In this document: positions 1 to 9,511 of the stretch, one piece after another
Layout: the number at the start of each line of letters is the position of its first letter
Numbering within the stretch: position 1 is the stretch's first letter
Assembly (NCBI GenBank): GCA_029861865.1
Contig: JAOTYL010000003.1
Span: 234,695 to 298,694, forward strand
Length of the DNA stretch: 64,000 nt
Source of the DNA: Myxococcales bacterium
GTDB lineage: Bacteria; Myxococcota_A; Polyangia; Polyangiales; Houyiibacteriaceae
Direction: 5' to 3'
Notes under the pieces: model-generated
Told to the model about the DNA's origin: nothing
Seen by the model: the letters and a program-made list of their open reading frames with translations, nothing else
Databases searched by the model: none
Program-made: the position numbers and the translations under genes

Positions 1-399
1 ATCGACGTGCCCGCCCTTCGTCACCGCACCGATGACATCGGCCCCCTGGCCAATCACTTCCTCTCATCAATGGCGGGCGAGGTCGGCTCAAAGCGCATGT
101 CGGCCAAAGCGGTTTGGAGGCTCCGCGCCTATTCGTGGCCCGGCAACGTCAGGGAGCTTCGCAACGCGCTCGAGCTCGCTGCGGTCGGTTGTGACAGCTC
201 GATTATAGACGAGGACCGGGTCGACTGCGTCCTCAGACAGCTTGCGGATCCTGCGGCGCGTCCGAATGCCGGTATTCTGCGGCGCGCCATCGAGGAGCAC
301 GGCGGCAACTTGTCAGCGGCGGCAAGAGCCCTCGGCATCCCCCGTTCGACGCTTCGAGATCGCCTCAGGGACGTCTCGTCGCCCGTCGACGCGCGCTGA
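1..399 (+). CDS. sigma-54-dependent transcriptional regulator (NtrC family), C-terminal fragment
   Basis: ORF is open to the left window edge (frame 1). It has the AAA+ C-terminal signature SWPGNVRELRNALE followed by a Fis-type HTH GGNLSAAARALGIPRSTLRDRL. Confidence 0.85.
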   Translation: MDVPALRHRTDDIGPLANHFLSSMAGEVGSKRMSAKAVWRLRAYSWPGNVRELRNALELAAVGCDSSIIDEDRVDCVLRQLADPAARPNAGILRRAIEEHGGNLSAAARALGIPRSTLRDRLRDVSSPVDAR

Positions 400-1099
400 G
401 CGCCTCTTTGGTGAGTCGAAGCCTGAGGTCGACCAGGTCGCGCGCCACGCCCCAGATTCGCTTCAGCCCAGTCGATTTCGACTGCCCCGAGCGACGTGGC
501 CTGCAGTCGATGGTGACTAGGCCGGCAGGCGTGCCTGCGCCAAGCATGCGGATCGGAAACTCGAAATTCAGAAAGAACGTGTCGGGCGCGAGCTGCTCCG
601 GGTCGAACAACGTGCGTCGGAAGAGGTAGGGCCCGTCGCTCTGCATGCGAACTCCGTGAACCAAGAAGATGAGGCTTCGCACCCCTGCCGAGAAGACTTT
701 GCGGTGAAACCCGTCGTCGCGCGCCTGGTACACACTAAACACGACGTCCGCGCCGCTCTCCTGCGCCGCTCTCCGGAGCTGACCGATCGCCTCCGGCGCG
801 ATCTGGCCGTCGGCCGGCAGGAACGTGACCCAAGTGCCGCGGGCCAGCCGCACGCCCGTCTTGAGCGCGGCACCGATTCCGCGGTTCTCCGTGTGCCTCG
901 AAATCTGGTGTGGCATGCCCGCAAGGGCCGCGGCTGCGGCGTCGACGGTGTGATCGGATGAGCCGTCGTCGACGAAGACAATCTCGGACGAGGCTTCGTG
1001 GTCGGCGAGCCATCGTCGAAGCTCAGTCAACACGGGTTTGATGTTGTCCTCCTCGTCGAACGCAAAAACGATCACGCTGAGGTCAGGCGTGCTCATCAC
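365..1099 (-). CDS. family 2 glycosyltransferase, polyprenyl-phosphate sugar synthase-like (DPM1/GtrB/ArnC type)
   Basis: 244-aa ORF with GT-A signature LSVIVFAFDEEDNI...EIVFVDDGSSDHT and FLPADGQ. It overlaps the upstream ORF by 4 nt. Confidence 0.8.
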   Translation of the reverse strand: MMSTPDLSVIVFAFDEEDNIKPVLTELRRWLADHEASSEIVFVDDGSSDHTVDAAAAALAGMPHQISRHTENRGIGAALKTGVRLARGTWVTFLPADGQIAPEAIGQLRRAAQESGADVVFSVYQARDDGFHRKVFSAGVRSLIFLVHGVRMQSDGPYLFRRTLFDPEQLAPDTFFLNFEFPIRMLGAGTPAGLVTIDCRPRRSGQSKSTGLKRIWGVARDLVDLRLRLTKEALSARRRATRRP

Positions 1100-1611
1100 G
1101 GACGCTCTCTCACCACTTTGGCGGGCACCCCAACTGCAATCGAATAGGACGGCACGTCTTCCGTCACGACCGCGCCAGCCCCGATCTGGGCGCCCTTGCC
1201 GATCCGAACACCGGGAAGAACGACCGCACCGACGCCGAGGTCACAGTCGTCCTCGATGACGACCGGAGCAAGCGCGACGGGCGAGCTCAAGATCGGCGTG
1301 GCCCGGCCTGCTTCGGCGTGAAAGGAAGTAATGATCCGGACGCCAGGGCCGATGCCGACGCGTGATCCGATGTCGATGCCGCCGGCAGCGTGTAGGAACG
1401 CCTGCTGGCCGATCCAAGTCTCGTCCCCGATCCGCATCGTGTTCTTGTAGTAGCCTTTGAGGATCGCGTTGTGCCCGACGTAGACGTTCGTGCCGAGCTC
1501 GATGTTCTCTGGGTGGAACACCAACACTCCTGCCTCGAAGATGCAGTCGTCTCCGCACCGAGCGAATTGGTCTATGCGAAACGTGCCGTCCCCATGGCTC
1601 CGGTGGCGCAT
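1096..1611 (-). CDS. hexapeptide-repeat (left-handed beta-helix) acyl/acetyltransferase
   Basis: 171-aa ORF with repeated [LIV]-G-x4 hexapeptides (IGDETWIGQQAFL, IGSRVGIGPGVRI, IGKGAQIGAGAVV). Confidence 0.75.
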   Translation of the reverse strand: MRHRSHGDGTFRIDQFARCGDDCIFEAGVLVFHPENIELGTNVYVGHNAILKGYYKNTMRIGDETWIGQQAFLHAAGGIDIGSRVGIGPGVRIITSFHAEAGRATPILSSPVALAPVVIEDDCDLGVGAVVLPGVRIGKGAQIGAGAVVTEDVPSYSIAVGVPAKVVRERP

Positions 1612-1614
1612 GAC

Positions 1615-3603
1615 TCAGAGGTTAGCAGGAGTGCGCGTCAAGCTCGCAAACTTCGGTTCCACGGGCCCAAGCGCGTTGGATAGGCGCTCGAGGTAGTCGG
1701 CGAGCTGCGGTAGGCGGCTGGAACGCGCGATGAAGGCCGCATAGTGAAGATTGCGCGCGGGGTGCCCGAGCGCGACGGGAGGTTCGTAAGTGGGGGAGGG
1801 ACGCGCCTGTGGATCGACTCGAGCTGGTAGCAGAGAGAGATCGAGCGTATCGAGGCCGTCGATCGCGGGTACGCCCGCAAGAAGGACTTCGACCGCGGCG
1901 CGCGGGAGCCCGTGCGCCCAGAGATCGTATCCGCGATCGAGCGTCACCAACGCGATGAGCCCGTCGGTTCCAGGAGACCCGTGGCCAAGTCGCTCGAGCT
2001 CGGCGGAGGAGTACGTCGCGATCGGTGGCGTTGCGCTGACGGGATCGCAGGTAGGGGTCACGTCGAGCAACCAATCGCCCGGGCAAGTCGAAAGGTCGAG
2101 CTTGTTGGCGAGCGCGAGCCGCTCGACCTGAATGGGCCGGTCCCCGTTGGCTTCTAGGAAGCGCTGCACACGGGCGGTCCTCCCGCCTTTGGCACGGAGC
2201 TCGAAATCGTGAAGGGTTGGGTGTCGACGGTAGAGGTGTCTCCAGTACCACTCGGATGCAGAAAGACCGTAGGCGACGACGACCACGTCTCGTCGCACGT
2301 CGAGCCGTTCCTGCAGGTACCACGTTGGGCCGACCCAATGATCCTGCTCGAGGACTAGCACCGCATTTCGTGGGGCAGCCCGGAGGGCTTGATACGCGAG
2401 CGCCTCGGTGTACGTATCGAGATGACGTGTGCGGCCGAGTGGCCGCGGTGCTGTCACCACGACGAACAGGACGACTAAGCTCATCGCGCCCGCCCCGAAA
2501 AGGAGCTTGCGGTCAGCGAGGTGCGCAACGAACAACCCGACGCCCGCCGCCGCAACCCATGCAGGGATCGCGAGATAGCCGAGGTAGTCGAGAACGTCCG
2601 TGGCGAATACACCGTTGCGCGCGACGAACGAGACAAAGAAGGCCAATGTGATGCCGAGGAAAGAGGCCCCGAAGAGCATCGGCCGTCGAAACGATAGGAA
2701 CCCAACCAGACCGAGGAGCATCAGCGCGAAGAAGCCGTTGTGAAGGGACCAAGAGAAGAGGTCTCCAACGTGGTCCCACCACTCCGCAAAGGAGCTGACT
2801 TGTTTTGGGGTGAAATCGGCGGCGGTGAAGTAATGTCGGATCGATGCTGCGTCGGTAGGCGCGCCCCAGATCACGACGTCCTCGCGCCGTGCCACTGCGA
2901 ACACATAGCTGTACGGCGTGAGCCCAAGAATGCCACCACCGATGAGGGCGCCGACCTCCCGGAGCGAGGTGGTGCGCCGCAGCGTGGCGGCAGTGAGGCT
3001 CGGAACCAAAGCCAGGCCGATCCCAAAGGCGCAGACGACGTTCGCGCTGGCCGAAAGCCCAAGAGCCAAGCCGGCGCTCAGATAGACGAGGGCTCCTCGT
3101 TTCGAATCCACCCAGGCGCTTGCCAGCCGTGCCGCGCCCCAGAGCCCGCAGAAAAAGGCCAGCGGATACACCTCGATGCGGGTAGCGGGTTCCCAGAGGA
3201 CCGGAAGCATTCCAACGATCGCGATCGTGGGGGCGAGCCACCTCCAATCGCCTTCGTGTGCGCCTGTGTTGGCTCGCAACAACGTCCCGGCAACGCTCGT
3301 CGCCACGATCACGGTGAGGGCACCTGCAAGCGCCGACAAGCCGTTGAGGGCGATCAGAGGATCGACGCCGGGAAGGCGGGCGACGAGAGCGCCTAGCAAG
3401 GTGTGGAGCGGCTGCCCGAGCGGGTGCCCGAGGCCGAGCTGTTCTGCGACGAGGGCGAGCTCGGGACTGTCGTACAACGACACGCTGCGGGACATCGTAG
3501 CGACGTAGAAGATGAATAGCGCAGTTGCCGAGAGCGCGGTGTGCCGACGCGATGGCACGGGAAGCGCGAGTAGCCGACCGGGCTCATCGGTCATCGGGAC
3601 CAC
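1615..3603 (-). CDS. DUF2723/TMEM260-like polytopic membrane protein (putative GT-C glycosyltransferase)
   Basis: 662-aa ORF. The N-terminal ~400 aa are highly hydrophobic and multi-helical. The first-loop motif SVSLYDSPELA resembles the GDSGEL motif of DUF2723 proteins. There is a large soluble C-terminal domain. GTG start at 3603, alternative ATG at 3594. Confidence 0.65.
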   Translation of the reverse strand: MVPMTDEPGRLLALPVPSRRHTALSATALFIFYVATMSRSVSLYDSPELALVAEQLGLGHPLGQPLHTLLGALVARLPGVDPLIALNGLSALAGALTVIVATSVAGTLLRANTGAHEGDWRWLAPTIAIVGMLPVLWEPATRIEVYPLAFFCGLWGAARLASAWVDSKRGALVYLSAGLALGLSASANVVCAFGIGLALVPSLTAATLRRTTSLREVGALIGGGILGLTPYSYVFAVARREDVVIWGAPTDAASIRHYFTAADFTPKQVSSFAEWWDHVGDLFSWSLHNGFFALMLLGLVGFLSFRRPMLFGASFLGITLAFFVSFVARNGVFATDVLDYLGYLAIPAWVAAAGVGLFVAHLADRKLLFGAGAMSLVVLFVVVTAPRPLGRTRHLDTYTEALAYQALRAAPRNAVLVLEQDHWVGPTWYLQERLDVRRDVVVVAYGLSASEWYWRHLYRRHPTLHDFELRAKGGRTARVQRFLEANGDRPIQVERLALANKLDLSTCPGDWLLDVTPTCDPVSATPPIATYSSAELERLGHGSPGTDGLIALVTLDRGYDLWAHGLPRAAVEVLLAGVPAIDGLDTLDLSLLPARVDPQARPSPTYEPPVALGHPARNLHYAAFIARSSRLPQLADYLERLSNALGPVEPKFASLTRTPANL

Positions 3604-4558
3604 CCGAGATCGGTATCCAAAGATTGATCAACCCCCCAACGCCGGCGGAGATCAGCTGCGTCGCCCAAAAGCTCAGCGAGCCCGCGTACGCGGTGGCCTC
3701 GGGCACACCAACCGTTCCGTACAGCGCGGCGAATGCAGCCTCGCGCACCCCTGCACCTCCCACCGTGAAGGGGACGAAGGCCGAGGCGCTGACCAGGGGC
3801 ATCGCAACTGCAGATTCCGAGGCGTTCACCGCCGGATCGAGCGAATGCATGATCGCATGTCCGGCGACCACGTTGAGGGAGTGGATGATGAGAGATGCGA
3901 CGATGGCGCCAATGAACGGCCACCACTTGTAAAGACGGGGGAGGGCGCGAATCGGTTTGGCAAGCGGTTTCGGTACCCATCGCGTGAGCTTTGGAGCGAG
4001 CGCGATCCCTCCGATTGCAACCACGCCCGTCGCTAGTCCGAGCCCTGCCCAGAGCCCGAAGTTTTCGAGCCCCGGCAACGGTCGATAGAAATAGGCACCT
4101 GCGGCGAGCGTCAGCAGGGCCGAAACGCCGAGTACTCTCTCGATGAAAACCACTGCGACACCCGTGGTGGCACTTGCCCAGGTGACGTCTCCGAAGGCCT
4201 TTCGGCTGGCGACACCACGAACGACATCGCCGCCGACTCCGCCCGGCGCATAGGTATTGTAAAAATGGCCGACCAGATACAGATGCACCAAGCGTGCCCA
4301 GGAAGGCACGTCGATCGCGCCATACGCCCGCAAGAGGAGCCTCCATCGCACCATACCGGTTGCAAGACCGATGAACACGAGCGTAAGTGCCGAAAGCGCG
4401 GCACTCACCGAAAGCCGTCGCCAGGCCGCCACGACTTCGCCGGGATCGACCCGGCTCGCCAAGTAGCCGACCGCCGCGAGGGTGATCGCTATCCGTCCCC
4501 ATCGAAGTAGACGGCGCCGCTTCTCACCGCTGGTGCGTGGTCCCCCCCGTTCGGTCAT
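3584..4558 (-). CDS. UPF0104 / LPG-synthase-TM 'flippase-like' membrane protein
   Basis: 324-aa polytopic ORF with basic N-terminus RRRLLRWGRIAITLAAVGYL and Gly-rich helices typical of this family. Its 3' end overlaps the start of the downstream DUF2723 ORF (1615-3603) by 20 nt. Confidence 0.6.
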   Translation of the reverse strand: MTERGGPRTSGEKRRRLLRWGRIAITLAAVGYLASRVDPGEVVAAWRRLSVSAALSALTLVFIGLATGMVRWRLLLRAYGAIDVPSWARLVHLYLVGHFYNTYAPGGVGGDVVRGVASRKAFGDVTWASATTGVAVVFIERVLGVSALLTLAAGAYFYRPLPGLENFGLWAGLGLATGVVAIGGIALAPKLTRWVPKPLAKPIRALPRLYKWWPFIGAIVASLIIHSLNVVAGHAIMHSLDPAVNASESAVAMPLVSASAFVPFTVGGAGVREAAFAALYGTVGVPEATAYAGSLSFWATQLISAGVGGLINLWIPISGGPDDR

Positions 4559-4559
4559 T

Positions 4560-5186
4560 TCAGGGGTCCAAGCCTAACGTGTCTTGGAGCTCGCTGAGCA
4601 GTTCGGGGGCGTGTTGCTCGACAATGGACCGCAACTCCGGGAGAAACTCGGCTACGAAAGGTCGTTGTTCGTCGATCACGGCGAGCCGTGGTCGCGGCCG
4701 CAGGACGTCGTTTAGCCTCTGCAGCACGAAATCTGGGTTGCGGTAATCGCGCGGTGGGCCCCAACTGGTGAGCCTCTCGTGAAGCTTGGCGAACGCGTGG
4801 CCATGGTCCTCCCACTCGAGTCGTGCGGCGAGCTCCGGATAGAAGGCCGTCGAGTAGGTCCGCGCGTGCGTGTCGTCTTGCGTCAGCCAGCCGTCGAGAA
4901 ACATCTCGCTTCCGACGTGCGCAACGGCGCGTGCGGTGCCCCTCCGAACCCCGAGGGCCGTGAGCTCGGTGAGCGCCTTCGTGCAAAGCGATAGGAACGT
5001 TGGCGTGGCGTGAAACGCATCGTCGGTTTGGTGATGGAGCTCGACACCTCGCTCGATGGCTTTGTCGCGTACGTCGACGATTCGCACCTTCACCATGGCC
5101 TCGAAGTCCGGGAGCATGGCTCCGAGAACGGCGCCGGCTTCTGCGCCCGTCCATCCTGCGACCACCGCATGTCCGAAGAAATTCAA
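4560..5186 (-). CDS. acyl carrier protein phosphodiesterase (AcpH)-like protein
   Basis: 208-aa ORF starting MNFFGH (AcpH starts MNFLAH). LPDF, GVELHHQTDDAFH and PRPRL segments line up by eye with AcpH. The similarity is weak. Confidence 0.45.
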   Translation of the reverse strand: MNFFGHAVVAGWTGAEAGAVLGAMLPDFEAMVKVRIVDVRDKAIERGVELHHQTDDAFHATPTFLSLCTKALTELTALGVRRGTARAVAHVGSEMFLDGWLTQDDTHARTYSTAFYPELAARLEWEDHGHAFAKLHERLTSWGPPRDYRNPDFVLQRLNDVLRPRPRLAVIDEQRPFVAEFLPELRSIVEQHAPELLSELQDTLGLDP

Positions 5187-6109
5187 AGTCCGAGCTCCCT
5201 CGCGATCCGCTCGCGCCCCTCCTGCGCGATGAGGTGGGCGCTTTCGCTGAACCAGCTTACACCGGGTTCTCCTTTGAACCAGGTTCGTTGCCGTCGGGCG
5301 TAGGTGCGGGTCGATTTGCGGATCAGGCGCTTGGTCTCCTCGAGGGATACGCCATCCCGAACGTGCGCGAGCACCTCCCGGTAGCCGACGCTTCCGAAAG
5401 GCCGGACCTCGTCACTCCAACGCTCCCGCAGGTCACGAACCTCGTCGATCCATCCCGCATCCAGCATGGCTTGGACGCGGGCAGTGACGACCGCGGTGTG
5501 GTGGTCACGGGGCAGGTCGAGCACCACAAACGCCGCACGGTACCTCGGGGCACCTAGCGCGTGCTCCTGTCGAAGCTCGCCAAGAGGAATCCCGGTTTGC
5601 TCGAACACTTCGAGGGCGCGCACGATTCTCACTGCGTCATTCGGGTGCACCGTTTCGGCCGTCAATGGATCGACCGCCGCGAGCCGAGTGTGCAGAGCCG
5701 TGATGCCTTGCGCCTCGGCCTCGTGCTCGAGTTGCTTTCTGAGGGACCAGTCGACCGGAGGTGCCGCGACGAGCCCACGAACCAGTGCGCGGATCCAAAG
5801 CCCGGTCCCGCCGACCACAATCGGAAGGTGACTGCGCGCGTGGATGCCTTTGATCGCGCGGTCGGCGAGGGCCGCGTACGCAGCGGCATCGATGTCCTCG
5901 TTGGGATCGATCACGTCGATCAAGTGATGATCGGTCGTACCGAGCTCGGCCGCCGTGGGCTTGGCCGAGCCGATGTCGAAGCCGCGGTATACCTGGATGC
6001 TGTCCGCCCCCACCAGCTCGCCGTCAAAGTGCTTCGCCAGTGCGATCGCCGCAGCGGTCTTTCCCGTAGCGGTCGGTCCCGCGATGACCAAGAGAGGCTG
6101 AGATGTCAC
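5183..6109 (-). CDS. miaA: tRNA dimethylallyltransferase
   Basis: P-loop IAGPTATGKT and ADSIQVYRGFDIGSAKPT. Has 4-nt overlaps with both neighbours. Confidence 0.92.
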   Translation of the reverse strand: MTSQPLLVIAGPTATGKTAAAIALAKHFDGELVGADSIQVYRGFDIGSAKPTAAELGTTDHHLIDVIDPNEDIDAAAYAALADRAIKGIHARSHLPIVVGGTGLWIRALVRGLVAAPPVDWSLRKQLEHEAEAQGITALHTRLAAVDPLTAETVHPNDAVRIVRALEVFEQTGIPLGELRQEHALGAPRYRAAFVVLDLPRDHHTAVVTARVQAMLDAGWIDEVRDLRERWSDEVRPFGSVGYREVLAHVRDGVSLEETKRLIRKSTRTYARRQRTWFKGEPGVSWFSESAHLIAQEGRERIARELGL

Positions 6110-7770
6110 GTGCCGCCCTCCCGCGCTTGATCGGGAAGCGCAAACTCGGTGATGATGCTCCGTCGGTGAGCATCTTGATCGAGCGAAAGCCGGGCGACGA
6201 TATCGAGCGCGCGTAAGCGATCCATTGTCTCACCGGGGGGCGTCGTCGAGGCGTGTGCCAGCGCTCCGAGGACGGCGCTCATTGGGTCGCTAACGTCATC
6301 ACGAAGCGCCCTCATCGCATCTACAAAAACCTCGCGTGCGGAGGTCGTGCCGACTAGGGCCGGGATCGCCCTGATCACATACGCGTGCTCTCCAAGCGCC
6401 GACCACTCGAAGCCAAGCGCGGCCAGAAGCGCTTCGTGGGCGTGCAACGTCTCTCGAGCCCCAGCATCGAGCTCGAGTCGGTCCGGAAAGAGGAGGGCCT
6501 GTGGCGAAAGCGGACCGCTCTCGGCGGCCTCCCGCAGGCTCTCATAACGGATGACTTGTTCGCTGCACGCGCGATCGAGCAAGTACAGCCGGTCGTGGGC
6601 CTCGCATAGCAGGTATCGATTTCGGAGCTCCGCGATCAGGCGAAGGCCACCGGGCGCGACGATGGGATATTCGCTCGAAGCCTCGGCTACGCGGGGGTGC
6701 TCTTCGGCGCTCCCCCGCTCGTGACCGATCGGACTGGGGCTTGGGCCCTGTGAGTTGAGCCGCTCCTGCCAATACGCCTCCCCGCTTGGGCTCGCGCCGA
6801 GCCTGCCTGCGAGCATGCGGGTTACCAGATCGATCAGATGAGCAGCGCGCGTGAAGCGCACCTCGGTTTTTTGAGGGTGCGCGTTGACGTCGACATCTTC
6901 GGCCGGGAGGCAGAGCGAGACGACCCCCCGCGGATAGTGACCTGGCGGCAATCGGTCTCCGTAGGCAAAGGCGACCGCCCGGGCGAGGCGCCGGTCGACG
7001 ATCGGGCGCTGGTTCACGTAGACAAAGAGATGTCGTGGACCGGGACGGGCCAAGGTGATCGGGGCGAGCACCGCTTCGAGACCGACCCCCTCACGGTTTG
7101 CGCGGATCTCTTCGAGCGGCACATCGCCGAACACCGCGTAGGCGCGCTCGGCGAGGCTCTTCGCGGGAAGATACTGACGGGCTGAGCGTCCATCGGAGAA
7201 CACCAGCAATCTCAGCTGCGGTCGAATGAGTGCCGTTTTCTGACAAACCTCGAAAATTTTCGAAGTTTCGGTCTGGCGGGCGCGGAGAAACTTCTTTCGT
7301 GCCGGGACATTGTAGAAAAGGTCTTCGACCTCGACGGTGGTCCCCGGCGGACAGCCGTGCGGCGAGATCGCTGTGACCACCCCGCCCTCGACGAGCACCC
7401 GGGTGCCTTCGACGTCCGCTGGGCGTCGCGTCGTGATCGACATCCGAGAGACAGCGCCGATCGAGGGAAGGGCCTCCCCTCGGAAGCCGAGGGTTCGAAC
7501 CGTTACCAGGTCGTCGAATGTCGCGATCTTGCTGGTGGCGTGCCGTTGCACGCAAAGCGCGGCGTCTTCGGCGGACATCCCAATGCCGTCGTCGCTCACC
7601 CTGACCAGCGCCCGACCCCCGTCTTCCACCGAGACCGTAATCGAGCTGGCGCCTGCGTCGATGGCGTTCTCGAGAAGCTCCTTGACCAGGTTTGCAGGTC
7701 GCTCGATGACCTCGCCCGCTGCGATCTGATCGACCAGCGTATCGTCGAGCAATTGGACCGTCGCACCCAC
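6106..7770 (-). CDS. mutL: DNA mismatch repair protein MutL
   Basis: GHKL ATPase motifs IAAGEVIERPANLVKELLENAIDAGAS, DDGIGM and LGFRGEAL. The C-terminal domain aligns by eye with the MutL CTD, but the endonuclease motifs look degenerate (see findings). Confidence 0.92.
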   Translation of the reverse strand: MGATVQLLDDTLVDQIAAGEVIERPANLVKELLENAIDAGASSITVSVEDGGRALVRVSDDGIGMSAEDAALCVQRHATSKIATFDDLVTVRTLGFRGEALPSIGAVSRMSITTRRPADVEGTRVLVEGGVVTAISPHGCPPGTTVEVEDLFYNVPARKKFLRARQTETSKIFEVCQKTALIRPQLRLLVFSDGRSARQYLPAKSLAERAYAVFGDVPLEEIRANREGVGLEAVLAPITLARPGPRHLFVYVNQRPIVDRRLARAVAFAYGDRLPPGHYPRGVVSLCLPAEDVDVNAHPQKTEVRFTRAAHLIDLVTRMLAGRLGASPSGEAYWQERLNSQGPSPSPIGHERGSAEEHPRVAEASSEYPIVAPGGLRLIAELRNRYLLCEAHDRLYLLDRACSEQVIRYESLREAAESGPLSPQALLFPDRLELDAGARETLHAHEALLAALGFEWSALGEHAYVIRAIPALVGTTSAREVFVDAMRALRDDVSDPMSAVLGALAHASTTPPGETMDRLRALDIVARLSLDQDAHRRSIITEFALPDQAREGGT

Positions 7771-7915
7771 TGCGTGCGCGTATCAAAGCTCGTTTGGATT
7801 GGCAACGAGAGCCGCGTTTTTACTGGACTTACGGGCCCGCGGGTAGGTCCGCTTCGTTGACCCTCCCAAAGTCGTGATGCTACCGTGAAATAGAGCGGGG
7901 GAGCTCAAAATTGGC

Positions 7916-9511
7916 GTGAATAGGGTATGTCCCACCTGCAGGTTCGAGTATGGTGGCGGAGAGGTTTTCTGTCCGGTCGACGCCGCGCGTCTCGTGACCA
8001 CCTCCCAGATGGGCGCAACGCCCATCGACCCCGAAGATCCCCTTATCGGGGCATTGCTCGCGGGCCGCTATGAAGTGAAACGGCGAATTGGCGAAGGGGG
8101 CATGGGTTTGGTCTACGAGGGCAAACACCGTGACATCGACAAACCCGTCGCGATCAAGGTGCTCCGCAATGATCTATCGCGACGTCCGGACGTCGTCGCT
8201 AGGTTTCGACAAGAAGCCAAGAGCGCGTCACGAATCGGCCACGAGAACATCGTCGATGTCTCGGATTTCGGCGAGACGCGCTACGGCTCGAGCTATTTCG
8301 TCATGGAGTTCCTGGAGGGCGAGGATCTCGCGAACGTGCTCGGCCGAGAGGTGACGGTCGACGCCCAACGAGCCTGCGGGATCGTGCTCCAGTGTTGCCG
8401 GGCGCTCGGGGCCGCGCATGCCAAGCACATCGTGCATCGCGACATCAAGCCGGAGAATATCTTTCTCATCGAGCGCGATGGCGTGAAGGACTTCGTCAAG
8501 ATCGTCGACTTCGGAATCGCGAAGATGGGCGACATCGAAACCGAGGGGCAACCGGGTCGAAAGCTCACCAAGACCGGCATGATCTTCGGAACGCCCGAGT
8601 ACATGTCGCCCGAACAGGCTGCCGGTAAAGAGTTGGACCATCGAGTCGACGTGTACGCGCTCGGCATCATCCTGTACGAGTGTCTGGCTGGGCGCGTCCC
8701 ATTCGTCGGGGACACCTTCATGGGCGTTCTCACGCAGCATCTGTTTTCGGCGCCTCCTCCGATAGTCGAGATGAATCCAAGAGCACAGGTGAGCGCCGAG
8801 CTGGAGCTGGTGATCGCCAAGGCCTTGGCCAAGGCTCCTGGTGAGCGCTATCAAGACACCGCGGAGCTCGCTGAGGCGATCGAATGCGCACTCGATGGCC
8901 AGGTCAGCCGTGCGACGGCGATGACGCCGCCGACCGGTCGGATGATCCCGATCCGCGACACCGATCCCGTACCACGTCGCCGGCGCCCACGCTGGGTGTG
9001 GCCGGTCGTCGCGGCCGCGACCGCGGCCTTGTTGTGGGCTTGGATCGGCGACAGCGCGAAACGTGGCGCCGACGCAAGCGTTTCCACCATCAACGATGCG
9101 CCCACGAGCGCTGCACCGATCGAGGCTACGACCGCGGTGGCGTTGGAAGCTCCGGCCCTCGAGGAAAGCGAACCCGTGGAGGAGGCGCCCTCGCTGGTCA
9201 ATCTTCACGTGGCGACCGTGCCGATGGGCGCGCAGGTCCTCCATGCCGATGGCTCTCAGGCGTGTGCCACTACCCCTTGCATGCTCGAGGCAGTCAGGGG
9301 GACGCCATTGGAATTGAATGCCAAGCTCGGTAGGCGAAGTGGCATGACGCAGATCACGCCGATCCAAGAGGAAACCGTGCTCATCGTCCTCACGGCACCC
9401 AAGAGAGCAGCCAGGAAACCGCGCAAGGTCGCCGAAGAGCCAAAACCGTTGCGAGAAACCAAAACCACAACCCGTGCGTCGGACCTCAAGGTTCCGGAGT
9501 GGGCTCGGTGA
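7916..9511 (+). CDS. Ser/Thr protein kinase with N-terminal zinc-ribbon-like motif, one TM helix and PEGA-like C-terminal domain
   Basis: Hanks motifs GEGGMGLVYEG, VAIKVL, HRDIKPENIFL, DFGIAK and GTPEYMSPEQ. Also has CPTCRFEYGGGEVFCP, the TM segment WVWPVVAAATAALLWAWI, and LHVATVPMGAQVL...C..TPC. GTG start. Confidence 0.9.
   Translation: MNRVCPTCRFEYGGGEVFCPVDAARLVTTSQMGATPIDPEDPLIGALLAGRYEVKRRIGEGGMGLVYEGKHRDIDKPVAIKVLRNDLSRRPDVVARFRQEAKSASRIGHENIVDVSDFGETRYGSSYFVMEFLEGEDLANVLGREVTVDAQRACGIVLQCCRALGAAHAKHIVHRDIKPENIFLIERDGVKDFVKIVDFGIAKMGDIETEGQPGRKLTKTGMIFGTPEYMSPEQAAGKELDHRVDVYALGIILYECLAGRVPFVGDTFMGVLTQHLFSAPPPIVEMNPRAQVSAELELVIAKALAKAPGERYQDTAELAEAIECALDGQVSRATAMTPPTGRMIPIRDTDPVPRRRRPRWVWPVVAAATAALLWAWIGDSAKRGADASVSTINDAPTSAAPIEATTAVALEAPALEESEPVEEAPSLVNLHVATVPMGAQVLHADGSQACATTPCMLEAVRGTPLELNAKLGRRSGMTQITPIQEETVLIVLTAPKRAARKPRKVAEEPKPLRETKTTTRASDLKVPEWAR

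Noticed and set aside
7771-7915. Sigma-54 (-24/-12) promoter candidates near TGGCAA (about 7799) and elsewhere (about 44240 and about 40885).
   Set aside because: The GG-to-GC spacing does not match TGGCAC-N5-TTGC in any of them.
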